A DNA stretch of 64,000 bases from Myxococcota bacterium (lineage in GTDB: Bacteria > Myxococcota_A > Bradymonadia > UBA7976 > UBA1532). Positions 29,953 to 39,479 of the stretch are shown here, piece by piece. The stretch spans positions 1 through 64,000 of the forward strand of contig JAYZEG010000030.1 of NCBI GenBank assembly GCA_036337435.1, read 5' to 3'. How positions within the stretch are numbered: position 1 is the first letter of the stretch; each line of letters starts with the position of its first letter. A program made the translations under genes and the position numbers. The notes under the pieces are model-generated. The model did no database searches and was not told the DNA's origin. It was given only the letters and a program-made list of their open reading frames with translations.

Positions 29953-31160
29953 TCTTCCCTCCGAATACCCAATGCTCGCAGGCCAGGTAACTCACGGCCT
30001 TCCATAAATTCAAGACTCGCGCCACCGCCAGTCGAAATATGGTCTATTTCATCAGAAAAACCACCTTCCACGACAGCACGAACAGAGTCGCCCCCTCCGA
30101 CAACCGTCCAACCCGGACACTCAGCAACGGCGTCAGCAACAACTTGAGTTCCACGGGCAAACGGCGCAAATTCAAAAACACCCATTGGGCCATTCCAAAA
30201 GACGGTACGAGCAGACTGAAGCACAGATGCATACGCCGCCGCTGTTTTTGGTCCAATGTCCAAGCCCATGAGTTCAGGCGAAATGTCCGGTGTATCGACG
30301 ACTTTTCGACTGGCATTCGGGCTGAATTCAGTGGCAGCGATATGGTCGACGGGTAGTCCAATATGAACCCCACGCTGTGCGGCCAGTTCCATGATTCGCT
30401 TCGCCGTCGGCAGATGCTCTTCTTCAATGCGACTTGCACCGATTTTATGGCCCTGAGCAGCCAGAAAGGTATAGGCCATAGCACCGCCGATCAAAATCCG
30501 TTCGACGCGTGCCAATAAGTTTTCGATGACAGCAATTTTGTCACTGACTTTCGCGCCACCAAGAACGGCGACGAATCCTAGACGGTTAGCATCAAGGACA
30601 CGTTCGAGCGCCTTGACCTCTTTGGCGATTAAGAATCCTGCAGCCTTGTCTCGCATGTGCTGGGCAACACCTGCCGTGCTAGAATGAGCTCGATGTGCCG
30701 TCCCAAATGCGTCATTAACGTAGCAATCGGCTAGAGCAGCAAGATGCCTTGAAAGATGCTCATCATTTTTGGTCTCACCTGGATGAAACCTGATGTTTTC
30801 GAGGAGAACAACTTGGCCATCCCGGATTTCTTTTGAAAGCCGTGTGGCCGTCTCGCCGATGGGCTGGTCCGTGAGCAAAACCTCCTTATCGAGAAGTTCT
30901 GCGAGACGCTCACCAACGGGTGCCAAGGAGAGGGCTTCGTTATGCTGACCCTTTGGACGGCCCAAGTGGCTTACGAGAATCAGTGCCGCATCTCGGTCAA
31001 GGGCATGCTGAATAGTCGGTATCGCCGCGCGAATGCGGCTGTCATCGGCAACGCGGCCATCTTTTAGTGGGCAATTAAAATCGACCCGCATGAGAGTTTT
31101 CCGACCCTCGATTGGTAATTCATCGATCAATGTCATCTGATGGCCGGACCGATTGTTCAT
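29949..31160 (-). CDS. pgk: Phosphoglycerate kinase
   Basis: [48 protein letters not shown]. Confidence 0.98.
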   Translation of the reverse strand: MNNRSGHQMTLIDELPIEGRKTLMRVDFNCPLKDGRVADDSRIRAAIPTIQHALDRDAALILVSHLGRPKGQHNEALSLAPVGERLAELLDKEVLLTDQPIGETATRLSKEIRDGQVVLLENIRFHPGETKNDEHLSRHLAALADCYVNDAFGTAHRAHSSTAGVAQHMRDKAAGFLIAKEVKALERVLDANRLGFVAVLGGAKVSDKIAVIENLLARVERILIGGAMAYTFLAAQGHKIGASRIEEEHLPTAKRIMELAAQRGVHIGLPVDHIAATEFSPNASRKVVDTPDISPELMGLDIGPKTAAAYASVLQSARTVFWNGPMGVFEFAPFARGTQVVADAVAECPGWTVVGGGDSVRAVVEGGFSDEIDHISTGGGASLEFMEGRELPGLRALGIRREE

Positions 31161-31163
31161 AGA

Positions 31164-32171
31164 CTAAATACCTTGCAACATGAGCCTGGCTAGGTCGACC
31201 ATACGACAGCTAAAGCCCCATTCGTTGTCATACCAACTCAAAATCTTAACAGTGCGTCCACCGATCACCATGACGTTTTCCGCATCGACGATGGAGCTGT
31301 TCGGATTGCCGATGTAGTCGGTGCTTACCAGTGGTTTGTCTTCGATAGCAAGTACCCCGTTCAAACTGCCATCAACAGCTGATCGAAGTGCACCGAGAAC
31401 AGCGTCTGCCGTGACATCGGTATTCACATCGGCAACCAGGTCAACCAAAGACACGTTTGGTGTCGGAACACGCACTGCGATGCCGTCTAATTTTCCTGCC
31501 AAATGCGGCATGACGAGACCGATGGCCTTCGCGGCACCCGTACTGGTTGGTACCATCGAAACGGCTGCTGCTCGACCGCGACGGAGATCCGAATGAGGTA
31601 AATCCAGAAGTCGCTGATCATTGGTGTAACTGTGAATGGTTGTGACAAGACCATGATTGAGGCCGAACGCTTCGTCCAATACCTTCACGACGGGTGCCAG
31701 ACAATTTGTCGTACAACTCCCATTGGAGACGACTCGATGCGTGCTCATGTCTAATGTGTCATCATTGACACCCATAACGATAGTCGCATCGACCGGCCCC
31801 TTCGCAGGCGCACTCAAGATCACCGCTTTAGCGCCGGCACTCAGATGGCCTCCAGCGCTGTCTTTATTGCGAAACACACCTGTGCACTCAAGAACGAGCT
31901 CGACGCCCAGTTCACCCCATGGGATATCGGCTGGGTTGCGCTCCGCAAAAGTGGGTACGCGTCGGTCATTTACAATGATCGCCTTGTCCTCAACGCGGAC
32001 AGACTTAGAGAACCGTCCATGAACCGAGTCGAACTCGAGGAGATGGGCGAGAGTTGCTGGGTCCGTGAGGTCATTTATGCCGACAACCTCGATGTCAGCT
32101 ACATCCTCGAGAATTCGGAAGACCATTCGGCCGATTCGGCCGAATCCGTTAATGGCTATACGTCGTGTCAT
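31164..32171 (-). CDS. gap: Glyceraldehyde-3-phosphate dehydrogenase (type I)
   Basis: INGFGRIGR, SNGSCTTNCLAP, RVPTPNVS, WYDNEWG. Start 32171 (or 32177). Confidence 0.98.
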   Translation of the reverse strand: MTRRIAINGFGRIGRMVFRILEDVADIEVVGINDLTDPATLAHLLEFDSVHGRFSKSVRVEDKAIIVNDRRVPTFAERNPADIPWGELGVELVLECTGVFRNKDSAGGHLSAGAKAVILSAPAKGPVDATIVMGVNDDTLDMSTHRVVSNGSCTTNCLAPVVKVLDEAFGLNHGLVTTIHSYTNDQRLLDLPHSDLRRGRAAAVSMVPTSTGAAKAIGLVMPHLAGKLDGIAVRVPTPNVSLVDLVADVNTDVTADAVLGALRSAVDGSLNGVLAIEDKPLVSTDYIGNPNSSIVDAENVMVIGGRTVKILSWYDNEWGFSCRMVDLARLMLQGI

Positions 32172-32301
32172 TATCATTGCCTTGTCTAGATTTAGCGATG
32201 GTCACTCAGTTTTGAGTGACGCCCCTTGGTTTAGATCGGGGGCGAACCTATCGATCTTTATTGGAACAGTCAACATATACCCCTGAACTTTCGCTCATTC
32301 C

Positions 32302-34128
32302 ATGGTAGGGAGCTTTTTTAGGAGTAACACGATGCCTAACGATCAATCACACGATGAGCGTGTCATTCAATTCCGAAAGTCGTTTAGACGGAAGCGACTT
32401 GAATTTGTCCGAGAACACGGGATCTGTTCTTATGATCAGGCAGAAACGCTCTATATCTGTCGCAATACGGGTCGTGAGATCGTCATTACCGATGCTTTCT
32501 TCAGCGGCGAGCAGTCAGAGTCTGTAGAGATCTTACTCAATTCATTGAAAACCATATGGTGGCCTGGTCGACTTGGATTTAAAAGCGACGAGGACGGACT
32601 CGATTTGGCGCCGATTGCCGGCGTTTATGCGCGGTTTTTGCCGGAAGTTGGCTTTGATTACACCATCGAGTTTTCAGCAATTGAAGACACGGAACAACCG
32701 GTTCGTTGCTGGCGAGTCGACGGTCGGGGCAAAGCAGCGAAACTCAAGGCACCACTCAATGAAGGCATGTTTCATGGACAAACGGGTACGTTCTACCAAT
32801 TGCGATCTGGCTGGCGTTGGCTCTGCTCAGAACTGACTAAGGATGGGCACCTGCGGGTCGAAGAAGTTGAGAGCGGATACTACATTGGCGTCAGACGTGG
32901 CGTCCCTGGCGATCCGGATCCGGCTGCTCGCATCGATGAACAGCTAGAGGCCGCCTTTAGCCAAACCCACGACTATGGGTTTGACCTCCTCGAGTTTATT
33001 GGGTCTCAGCAAGCAGCACTGTATCCGTTTCAATCAGAGCGATATCACACTTGGCTCAATGAATTCACCGAGCCTGTTCGCTCTGGAGAAATCGATTTGT
33101 TCGCGCTCGTGCGCTCCGCATCTTTCGAGGCCACGGTACTCGAACTCTGCGACATTAAAGGCTGTGAGGTGGACCTTCAATCCAACGACGACCAATTTAT
33201 TGGGCTGATTCGTCAAGGACCTGTATCCATTGAACTCGATCTTGGCCGGCTTTTGATTCGTGGCATTCACACGGGTCGGACCCTCAGCCGAACAGCCAAT
33301 GACTTTGTTGGACCTCATATTGACGACCTCGTGGATGCCAACAGTCTCTTTGAGGCACTCCGTCAACGCCTGAGCCAATACAGACTCGAAATCGAGGGGA
33401 AAACGACCTTGGTTATCAACGATGGTGAACAAACCTTGGGCACCTGGAATCTATTGGGTTTCGTTGGTCAACAAACTGGAGTTGGACACGATTATGTCGA
33501 TGGAATTTTGAGATTGATGGGATTCGACCCAGACACGGGCAGTCGTCTCCAGCGACAACATTCCCTTGACTCGTGTCCGGTCTGTGGGCGAGAGGCTCAA
33601 ATTAGCAAGCTGATCAGACCGGCACGGCGTTTGGGTCGTATAGACGAATCGATCGCATCGATAAAACTCGGAGAGCACTTGGTTTATTATACGACCGCAT
33701 GTCAATTTCATTCGACACCGGTCGACGGGACACATTTAAACGATCTCGATGCCCTAGAAGCAGCCTATAAAGCGAGTCAAGAAAACGCAGTGACAACTGT
33801 CATTCATCAAGAAAGCATCGATAATGGGTCAGCCGAAATGGTCATCGGGTTTGATGCAGGATCCCTGCTGCTTGAACCTGGCCGGATACACGCGCTCCGC
33901 TCTTTTCTTAATCTCCCCGAAGCAGAATCATGCCACGCGTACGGTTTATATCCGGATGCGCTTCTGCTTGCGCCCAAGTCGCTGACCATTGACGAGCGCA
34001 GGCGCGCCACCAGCCTCGCGCAAGAATACTTAGAAAAACTCTATCCTGAACGGGTTGTGCCTTTGGACGTAGGCCGTGAAATCAGTCTCAACATACCTCC
34101 GCTGGGTACGGTCGAGTGGCAGCAATGA
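32302..34128 (+). CDS. Hypothetical cytoplasmic protein (~600 aa) with possible Zn-binding CPVC...CxxH motif
   Basis: Long ORF with protein-like composition; likely start ATG 32332 after AGGAG; stop overlaps the next ATG. Confidence 0.75.
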   Translation: MVGSFFRSNTMPNDQSHDERVIQFRKSFRRKRLEFVREHGICSYDQAETLYICRNTGREIVITDAFFSGEQSESVEILLNSLKTIWWPGRLGFKSDEDGLDLAPIAGVYARFLPEVGFDYTIEFSAIEDTEQPVRCWRVDGRGKAAKLKAPLNEGMFHGQTGTFYQLRSGWRWLCSELTKDGHLRVEEVESGYYIGVRRGVPGDPDPAARIDEQLEAAFSQTHDYGFDLLEFIGSQQAALYPFQSERYHTWLNEFTEPVRSGEIDLFALVRSASFEATVLELCDIKGCEVDLQSNDDQFIGLIRQGPVSIELDLGRLLIRGIHTGRTLSRTANDFVGPHIDDLVDANSLFEALRQRLSQYRLEIEGKTTLVINDGEQTLGTWNLLGFVGQQTGVGHDYVDGILRLMGFDPDTGSRLQRQHSLDSCPVCGREAQISKLIRPARRLGRIDESIASIKLGEHLVYYTTACQFHSTPVDGTHLNDLDALEAAYKASQENAVTTVIHQESIDNGSAEMVIGFDAGSLLLEPGRIHALRSFLNLPEAESCHAYGLYPDALLLAPKSLTIDERRRATSLAQEYLEKLYPERVVPLDVGREISLNIPPLGTVEWQQ

Positions 34129-34469
34129 CAGGTCTCGCAATCGTCCTGTCGATGGTGCTAGCAACACCGATAGGCCCTCAATTAATTCAGCAGAACGACG
34201 TTGCAGAGGTGAGTGTACAGCCGACCTTCGACCGACGCTTTTCCCCACCGTCGTCGAAAGCGAAGACGGGTGCGAAACTCTTGTTGGCACTCGGCTTGGG
34301 TATCATGGCGGCAGGGTTGGTGGGATTGATGAGCGCATCGGGTTGCCGAACTCGTGATGAAACCCGGCGATGCATCGATCCTGGTCAAAGCAATGATGCA
34401 TACCCAGCACTCCTGGTTATCGGCTTTGGAATGTCCATTAGCGCTGGTGCATGGCATCGGCAATATTGA
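34125..34469 (+). CDS. Small hypothetical membrane protein
   Basis: ATGA overlap with the upstream stop; N-terminal hydrophobic segment plus two TM helices flanking a C-x8-C loop. Confidence 0.6.
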   Translation: MTGLAIVLSMVLATPIGPQLIQQNDVAEVSVQPTFDRRFSPPSSKAKTGAKLLLALGLGIMAAGLVGLMSASGCRTRDETRRCIDPGQSNDAYPALLVIGFGMSISAGAWHRQY

Positions 34470-34488
34470 AGTCGTAGAGCCATTTTAG

Positions 34489-34519
34489 AAAAAAAAAGCC
34501 CCGCCGAAGCGAGGCTTTT
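34489..34519 (-). terminator. Intrinsic (probably bidirectional) terminator
   Basis: Minus strand AAAAGCCTCGC-TTCG-GCGGGGCTTTTTTTTT with a C(UUCG)G tetraloop, between convergent genes. Confidence 0.9.
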
Positions 34520-34551
34520 CTTCAAAGGGCATCTCGCCCTTCTTTCAGATA

Positions 34552-35640
34552 CTACCAGTCGTACGTGGCAGAAATCTTCGATGCCCACTGAGCTGTTGGC
34601 GTTCCCGTCAACAGGTGAGGACCATTTGTCAGGAAGTCTCGCTCGACTGCAGCATCGATACGGAAGTTACCCCAGACGCCTGACAGGCCCATAGCTCCGG
34701 TTGGTGCTGGTGCCCAGACACCTGCAAGCGCTTGTGCAACATCTGCATCAGCGTGGTTGATCTTGATCTCAGCACCACCGTCTGGCTTGAATGTTGTCAT
34801 GACGAACTTGTACCCCGCACCAGCGCGGAACTCGACCCAATCGTTGAGCGGAGTCTCGAAGGCTAGGTTCATGCCGGGGATAGTGATGAGAGATGCTTCA
34901 TCTTCACCATTCTTGATCTGAGTTAAACCAACAGTGCCGTGCAGCGCAACAATCCCTTTGCCAACCTTGTAGACAGGCCCTGCACCCAGCTCAACATTCA
35001 TGAGTGTGTTTTCAACTTCATCACCAGCGTTTGGCTCGGTCTTGTCGCTTTGGTATTGGATAGCGGCCGTGTAACCCAAGTCAACCTTGGGTTGGAGGGC
35101 TTTGTAGCCGCGAAAGTTTACGCCCACGTTTAGAGTTGTAAAAGCGTCTTCTGCGCCATTCTCCGCTTTCGCTATGCCAAGACCAAACGCCATCTCGCCC
35201 ACGTTCTTGAGCGTGTAGCCAGCAATGATACCGAAGTTCATTGCGGTGTTTCCGTCCCCATCAACGGTGAATTCACCTTTACCGAGGGATAGACCAATAC
35301 CCCAAACACCACCACTGTAAGCTGCTTCAAGCATGGTTGCTGTTGCGCGTTCCTGTGTCGGATCTTGCGGTTGGCTCAATGCGTTGATACCGATAGCCCA
35401 GCCGCCATCGCCGTTCTTGACACCGATGGTTGCCGATGATCGGTCATTTCCCTCATGGTTGAAACGAACCCGGTTGATATTGAGCGAATGACCGGCGCGT
35501 TGTGGAAAAGTGAATGCGTCATTGTAGTCTTCGATCAAGATGTTGCCGTTAAGACCGTCTCGTCGAGCAGACTGAGCAGGAACGGTAAAAACCATGACTG
35601 CGAATGCTGCGAACAGCGATAATTTGAATGACTTAGACAT
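34552..35640 (-). CDS. Outer-membrane beta-barrel (porin-like) protein
   Basis: Sec signal ending AQS|A; alternating amphipathic strands (WGIGLSLG, FRAGAGYKF); C-terminal ISATYDW; strong codon bias; own terminator. Confidence 0.8.
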   Translation of the reverse strand: MSKSFKLSLFAAFAVMVFTVPAQSARRDGLNGNILIEDYNDAFTFPQRAGHSLNINRVRFNHEGNDRSSATIGVKNGDGGWAIGINALSQPQDPTQERATATMLEAAYSGGVWGIGLSLGKGEFTVDGDGNTAMNFGIIAGYTLKNVGEMAFGLGIAKAENGAEDAFTTLNVGVNFRGYKALQPKVDLGYTAAIQYQSDKTEPNAGDEVENTLMNVELGAGPVYKVGKGIVALHGTVGLTQIKNGEDEASLITIPGMNLAFETPLNDWVEFRAGAGYKFVMTTFKPDGGAEIKINHADADVAQALAGVWAPAPTGAMGLSGVWGNFRIDAAVERDFLTNGPHLLTGTPTAQWASKISATYDW

Positions 35641-35884
35641 TTAAGAACCCCCTTAGGCTAAATGCTCCCCATGGAGCTGTAATTAAACAACCCGCACAGA
35701 CCGGCCAATGGCCGTCTGGTTACAGGTCGGAGTCCACGCCCTCACCAATGAAGCCTGCGAACTCGTATTAACCACTGGCATACATGTAGTTAATGAACGC
35801 CAATGTATTGTAATGTAGGACATAGACCCGAAAGCGACGAAGAAAAAAAAACCATTTTTATTAATCAAGTATTTTCAACAGCTT

Positions 35885-35999
35885 ACGATTTAAAAAAATC
35901 GTCAAAGGCTTGTCTTTTAAAAAAATGGTGGTGGGTGCGAAATGGCTTTCGCACTGATAGGAAGCCCATTTCGCAACCACAAAAAAACCAGTGACAAGC
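35885..35999. promoter_or_regulatory. Cluster of inverted repeats in the divergent intergenic region
   Basis: ACGATTT-AAAA-AAATCGT (35885-35902); GTGCGAAA-TGGC-TTTCGCAC (35935-35954); longer imperfect IR 35931-35980. Confidence 0.45.
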
Positions 36000-36191
36000 T
36001 GACTTAGGTGCTCATTTTATCCATGGTTCGGTTCACTCAGAGCTGTTTCTAGTAGACAGGAATTTGGATGACTCTAAGGGCCGTTGCTATGGACGGCTGT
36101 GGCAGGTAACGTAAAGGATGCCAATGGAGGTAAACGCTGGGTATTTTCGACAATTCATCGAAAAACCAAATCGAGACGGGTGGAGACAAAA

Positions 36192-36962
36192 ATGACACGA
36201 TGCGTCATCTGGGGCGCTGGTGAATTAGGCGGGCGTGTTGGTCAATTGGCCGCAAGTCAGGGCTACGAAGTGCATGGGTATACGGCGACCAAAAAACGAC
36301 ATTCGGACCTAGAATCAAAAGGGATTAAAGCATCGCTCGGTGACCCGCAGAGTTTTGAGCCAACGGACCTGGTTTTACTGAGTATTTCGGGCACGGATGC
36401 GCTGCGAGACGCCATCAAAAGAGTCAATACCGATACACGGCCAAAACGCATCATACTGACATCGTCGACGGGGTACTATCATGGTTGTACTGGCCTCATT
36501 GATTTCGAGTCAGCGGCAGGTGATTCTCCGAGAGCCCAAAACATAGCAACCATGGAAACAGACTTTAGACGCTGGGCAAGAGGCGCAGGTGTGATTTTAC
36601 GTTTGGGTGGTTTGTATCGAACGGGACGAGGTCCTTTGAGTGCCTATCAGCGTAAAAAAACAATCCCACCAGGTCCGCCGAACAAAATCTTGGCACTCAT
36701 CCATTATGATGATGCCGCCAGTGCTGCGTTCGCAGCCATGACGATAGCGGCACCAAAACCGCACTATATCGTGACCAGCCGGACTTGCCCGACTCGGCAG
36801 GAGTTCTATTTGGCCGCGTCAGTGTTACTTGGCTTACCTATTCCAACGTTTGGAAAACCGATGCTTGGACCACCGATGGACTATGATACAAGCCATATGG
36901 AACAGGACTTGGTACGGACGCCAAGTCATCCCAAATGGCAAGCCGCACTGGTCCCCGAGTGA
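36192..36962 (+). CDS. NAD(P)-dependent epimerase/atypical SDR (YeeZ-like)
   Basis: GGAG RBS then MTRCVIWGAGELGGRVG; LTSSTGYY; ILRLGGLY; IHYDDAA. Confidence 0.82.
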   Translation: MTRCVIWGAGELGGRVGQLAASQGYEVHGYTATKKRHSDLESKGIKASLGDPQSFEPTDLVLLSISGTDALRDAIKRVNTDTRPKRIILTSSTGYYHGCTGLIDFESAAGDSPRAQNIATMETDFRRWARGAGVILRLGGLYRTGRGPLSAYQRKKTIPPGPPNKILALIHYDDAASAAFAAMTIAAPKPHYIVTSRTCPTRQEFYLAASVLLGLPIPTFGKPMLGPPMDYDTSHMEQDLVRTPSHPKWQAALVPE

Positions 36963-36995
36963 CCGAATCTGTTCGTGATTAGGTGGAGGTATTGA

Positions 36996-38267
36996 ATGCA
37001 ACATGAAGTAAGTGCTCTCACGCACGTTGGACGCAAGCGAACGGAGAACCAAGACGCCTTCCACACGGACCAAAAGCTTGGATTGTATGTTGTCGCCGAT
37101 GGTATGGGCGGTCACGCCGCAGGCTCCATCGCCAGTGAGAAAGCCATTGCGGTGTTCGCACAAGAAATTGAACGACGGCAACAGGACATTGCTCGATTTA
37201 TCGACGGGGCGACGGGTCGCGAAACCGTGAGTCGCTTGTTGGAAGATGCCGTTCGTAAAGCGGGCGAACACGTTTTTCAGATGGCCCAGAAAAATAAAGA
37301 AATGAGGGGTATGGGAACAACCCTGTCAGCCCTACTTCTCACACCGGGTCGGGGCTTCATCGCCCACGTAGGTGATAGCCGAATTTATCTTGTTAGAGAA
37401 AAAGAAGTCGTTCAGATCACCGAAGATCATTCACTGGTCAATGAACTCATCAGACAGGGCCGCCTCCGTCCAAACGATCGCCAACGAGACCGATATAGCA
37501 ACGCAATTACGCGAGCTGTCGGTGTCTATTCTGACGTCAAAGTTGATACATTTGATTTTGAACTGATGACGGGTGACACCTTCCTCCTCTGCTCCGATGG
37601 CCTGTCTCAGTACTTGAGGTCAGCCGATGAACTCAGCAATTTACTCACAAGTTTTCAATTCAGTGAATTAGCCAAAGTCGCGATTAAAATGGCAAACCGG
37701 AGGGGGGGCTCAGACAATTCGACAGCCATCTTTGTCCGTTTGAACGATGAAACCAATCAAGCCATAAACCCGACTTTGCCCCACCGGGTGAAGGTTCTTA
37801 GCAAGATGCCAATGTTTCAGCACCTCACCTATAAAGAACTGGTCGAGGTTCTCAATATCTCTGAAGTCAGAACATTCGAATCCGGGCACTATATTTTTCG
37901 TGAGAACGACCTCGGTGAGGAGATGTACGTCATTTTGTCGGGTCGGATATCAGTGGAGAGCGATGACATTCGTCTGGCCACCCTTGGAATGGGCGGTCAT
38001 TTCGGCGAAATGGCGATTTTGGACAAAGGCCAGCGCTCGGCCAATGCGAAGGCAGATAAGGCGACAGAAGCACTGGTTATCGAAAGGAAATCATTATTTC
38101 GTCTCCTCCAAAAAGACGCGAGCATCGCTGTGAAAATTTTATGGTGCCTAACACAAATTCTGAATCGCAGACTTCGGTCAACAAATTCAGCATTACTCAA
38201 GGCAAGTATCAGTGAGGAAGCAGATGATTTATCTAACTGGGCCCATCTGACGACACGCGACGATTAG
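36996..38267 (+). CDS. PP2C (Stp1/PrpC-type) Ser/Thr phosphatase with C-terminal cyclic-nucleotide-binding domain
   Basis: GRKRTENQD, VADGMGGH, GMGTT, AHVGDSRIY, LLCSDGL, GGSDNST; cNMP motif FGEMAILDKGQRSANA. Confidence 0.92.
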   Translation: MQHEVSALTHVGRKRTENQDAFHTDQKLGLYVVADGMGGHAAGSIASEKAIAVFAQEIERRQQDIARFIDGATGRETVSRLLEDAVRKAGEHVFQMAQKNKEMRGMGTTLSALLLTPGRGFIAHVGDSRIYLVREKEVVQITEDHSLVNELIRQGRLRPNDRQRDRYSNAITRAVGVYSDVKVDTFDFELMTGDTFLLCSDGLSQYLRSADELSNLLTSFQFSELAKVAIKMANRRGGSDNSTAIFVRLNDETNQAINPTLPHRVKVLSKMPMFQHLTYKELVEVLNISEVRTFESGHYIFRENDLGEEMYVILSGRISVESDDIRLATLGMGGHFGEMAILDKGQRSANAKADKATEALVIERKSLFRLLQKDASIAVKILWCLTQILNRRLRSTNSALLKASISEEADDLSNWAHLTTRDD

Positions 38268-38862
38268 GTGCATTACCATCGAGTAGAGCAATTAAGATAT
38301 CAGCCTGGAATTGAGCGTCTGCGAGCGCATTATGAACACGGTCTGGAGCGGGCGGCCTGAGCTCTGGATACACCTCAGTTAATGTCTCTTTATTGCACTG
38401 TCGCCATGGCAACCGCTGCGTACCCATCATCAGTGCTTTTGTATCGAGCGCGTTATAGCCAAACGGGTTGTCTAGACCTGCCCAAGCAAAATACCAAGCC
38501 GTGAACATCCAGTCGAATGGCGCATTATGTCCAACGAAGAGGGGCCGATAGCCATCAGGTGTATTTGTTTTGACCCAATCTGTAATCTTCTCCATCACCA
38601 GTCGGGCGGGGAGCCCATGGGTTCGAAGATGGTCTTCCGTCAGACCATGAATTGACATTGCATGGGGGTCAAACCCATCGCAAATGGGCTGAAGCTCGAA
38701 GTAGAATTCACCACCCCGTCGATGGACACCATGATCGTACTGAACCGCGACACCCCCAATAGACACCATATTGAACAGGCCTGGAACCCGACCACTGGCT
38801 TCGAGATCGACGCAGAAGTAGACGGTTTTTGGGTCGATTATGGCACGCTGTTGATTCTTCAT
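38233..38862 (-). CDS. DEDDh 3'-5' exonuclease family protein
   Basis: CVDLEASG, GHNAPFD, HNALADA; ATG 38862 overlaps the upstream TGA. Confidence 0.88.
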   Translation of the reverse strand: MKNQQRAIIDPKTVYFCVDLEASGRVPGLFNMVSIGGVAVQYDHGVHRRGGEFYFELQPICDGFDPHAMSIHGLTEDHLRTHGLPARLVMEKITDWVKTNTPDGYRPLFVGHNAPFDWMFTAWYFAWAGLDNPFGYNALDTKALMMGTQRLPWRQCNKETLTEVYPELRPPAPDRVHNALADAQFQADILIALLDGNAPNRRVSSDGPS

Positions 38863-39479
38863 TTTTGACTCAGTGCTTTCTGTAAACTTGTGCGAAAGGC
38901 CGACACGGAATTGGGCGTATAGAAATACGGGTACCGGTCGATTGGACTCGTTATGTCGCTGAGCAATACACCGGCCGACGAGAAGAAAAAGATTCGAGGA
39001 ACATATCGACCGTACTGGACGTATTCGTTCAACCAATCAGGACGCTCATCCTGGTCTTGGCGTACCATCACGACGTCGTTGGCTAGACGTTCGACAACTT
39101 TGTCCTGAAAAAGTGGACCCAATTTACGACATTTTGGACACCAATCAGTGAAGACGACTAGGCACAACGGCTTTCCTGTTTTGGCGGATTCCTTGCGACC
39201 GTCCGCCCATGAGTGCCATTTAAGATTACTCTTCCATTTGGCATCTTTAACCGATGTTGCAGTGCCAGTAAATGCCGGTCGATTTGTGTTTTTCGCCGAA
39301 CTCAGTTTTGCGGATGCCTGCTCTTGGAGCTGCTTGGACCGAGTCGCCTGTTTTGCCTGGTTGTTATCCGATTGGTTTGGCTGTACCTGACATCCAAAGG
39401 CGAGGAGTAAAATCAGCAAAGCCGCTGAGACACCCGTGACTGACACGTCTTGTTCATTTGGTATTCTTGTCATCTTCAC
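38859..39479 (-). CDS. Thioredoxin-fold lipoprotein (ERp18/AGR-like), CPKC active site
   Basis: Lipobox LAFG|C; GKPLCLVVFTDWCPKCRKL; YVPRIFF; YPYFY. Confidence 0.82.
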   Translation of the reverse strand: MKMTRIPNEQDVSVTGVSAALLILLLAFGCQVQPNQSDNNQAKQATRSKQLQEQASAKLSSAKNTNRPAFTGTATSVKDAKWKSNLKWHSWADGRKESAKTGKPLCLVVFTDWCPKCRKLGPLFQDKVVERLANDVVMVRQDQDERPDWLNEYVQYGRYVPRIFFFSSAGVLLSDITSPIDRYPYFYTPNSVSAFRTSLQKALSQK

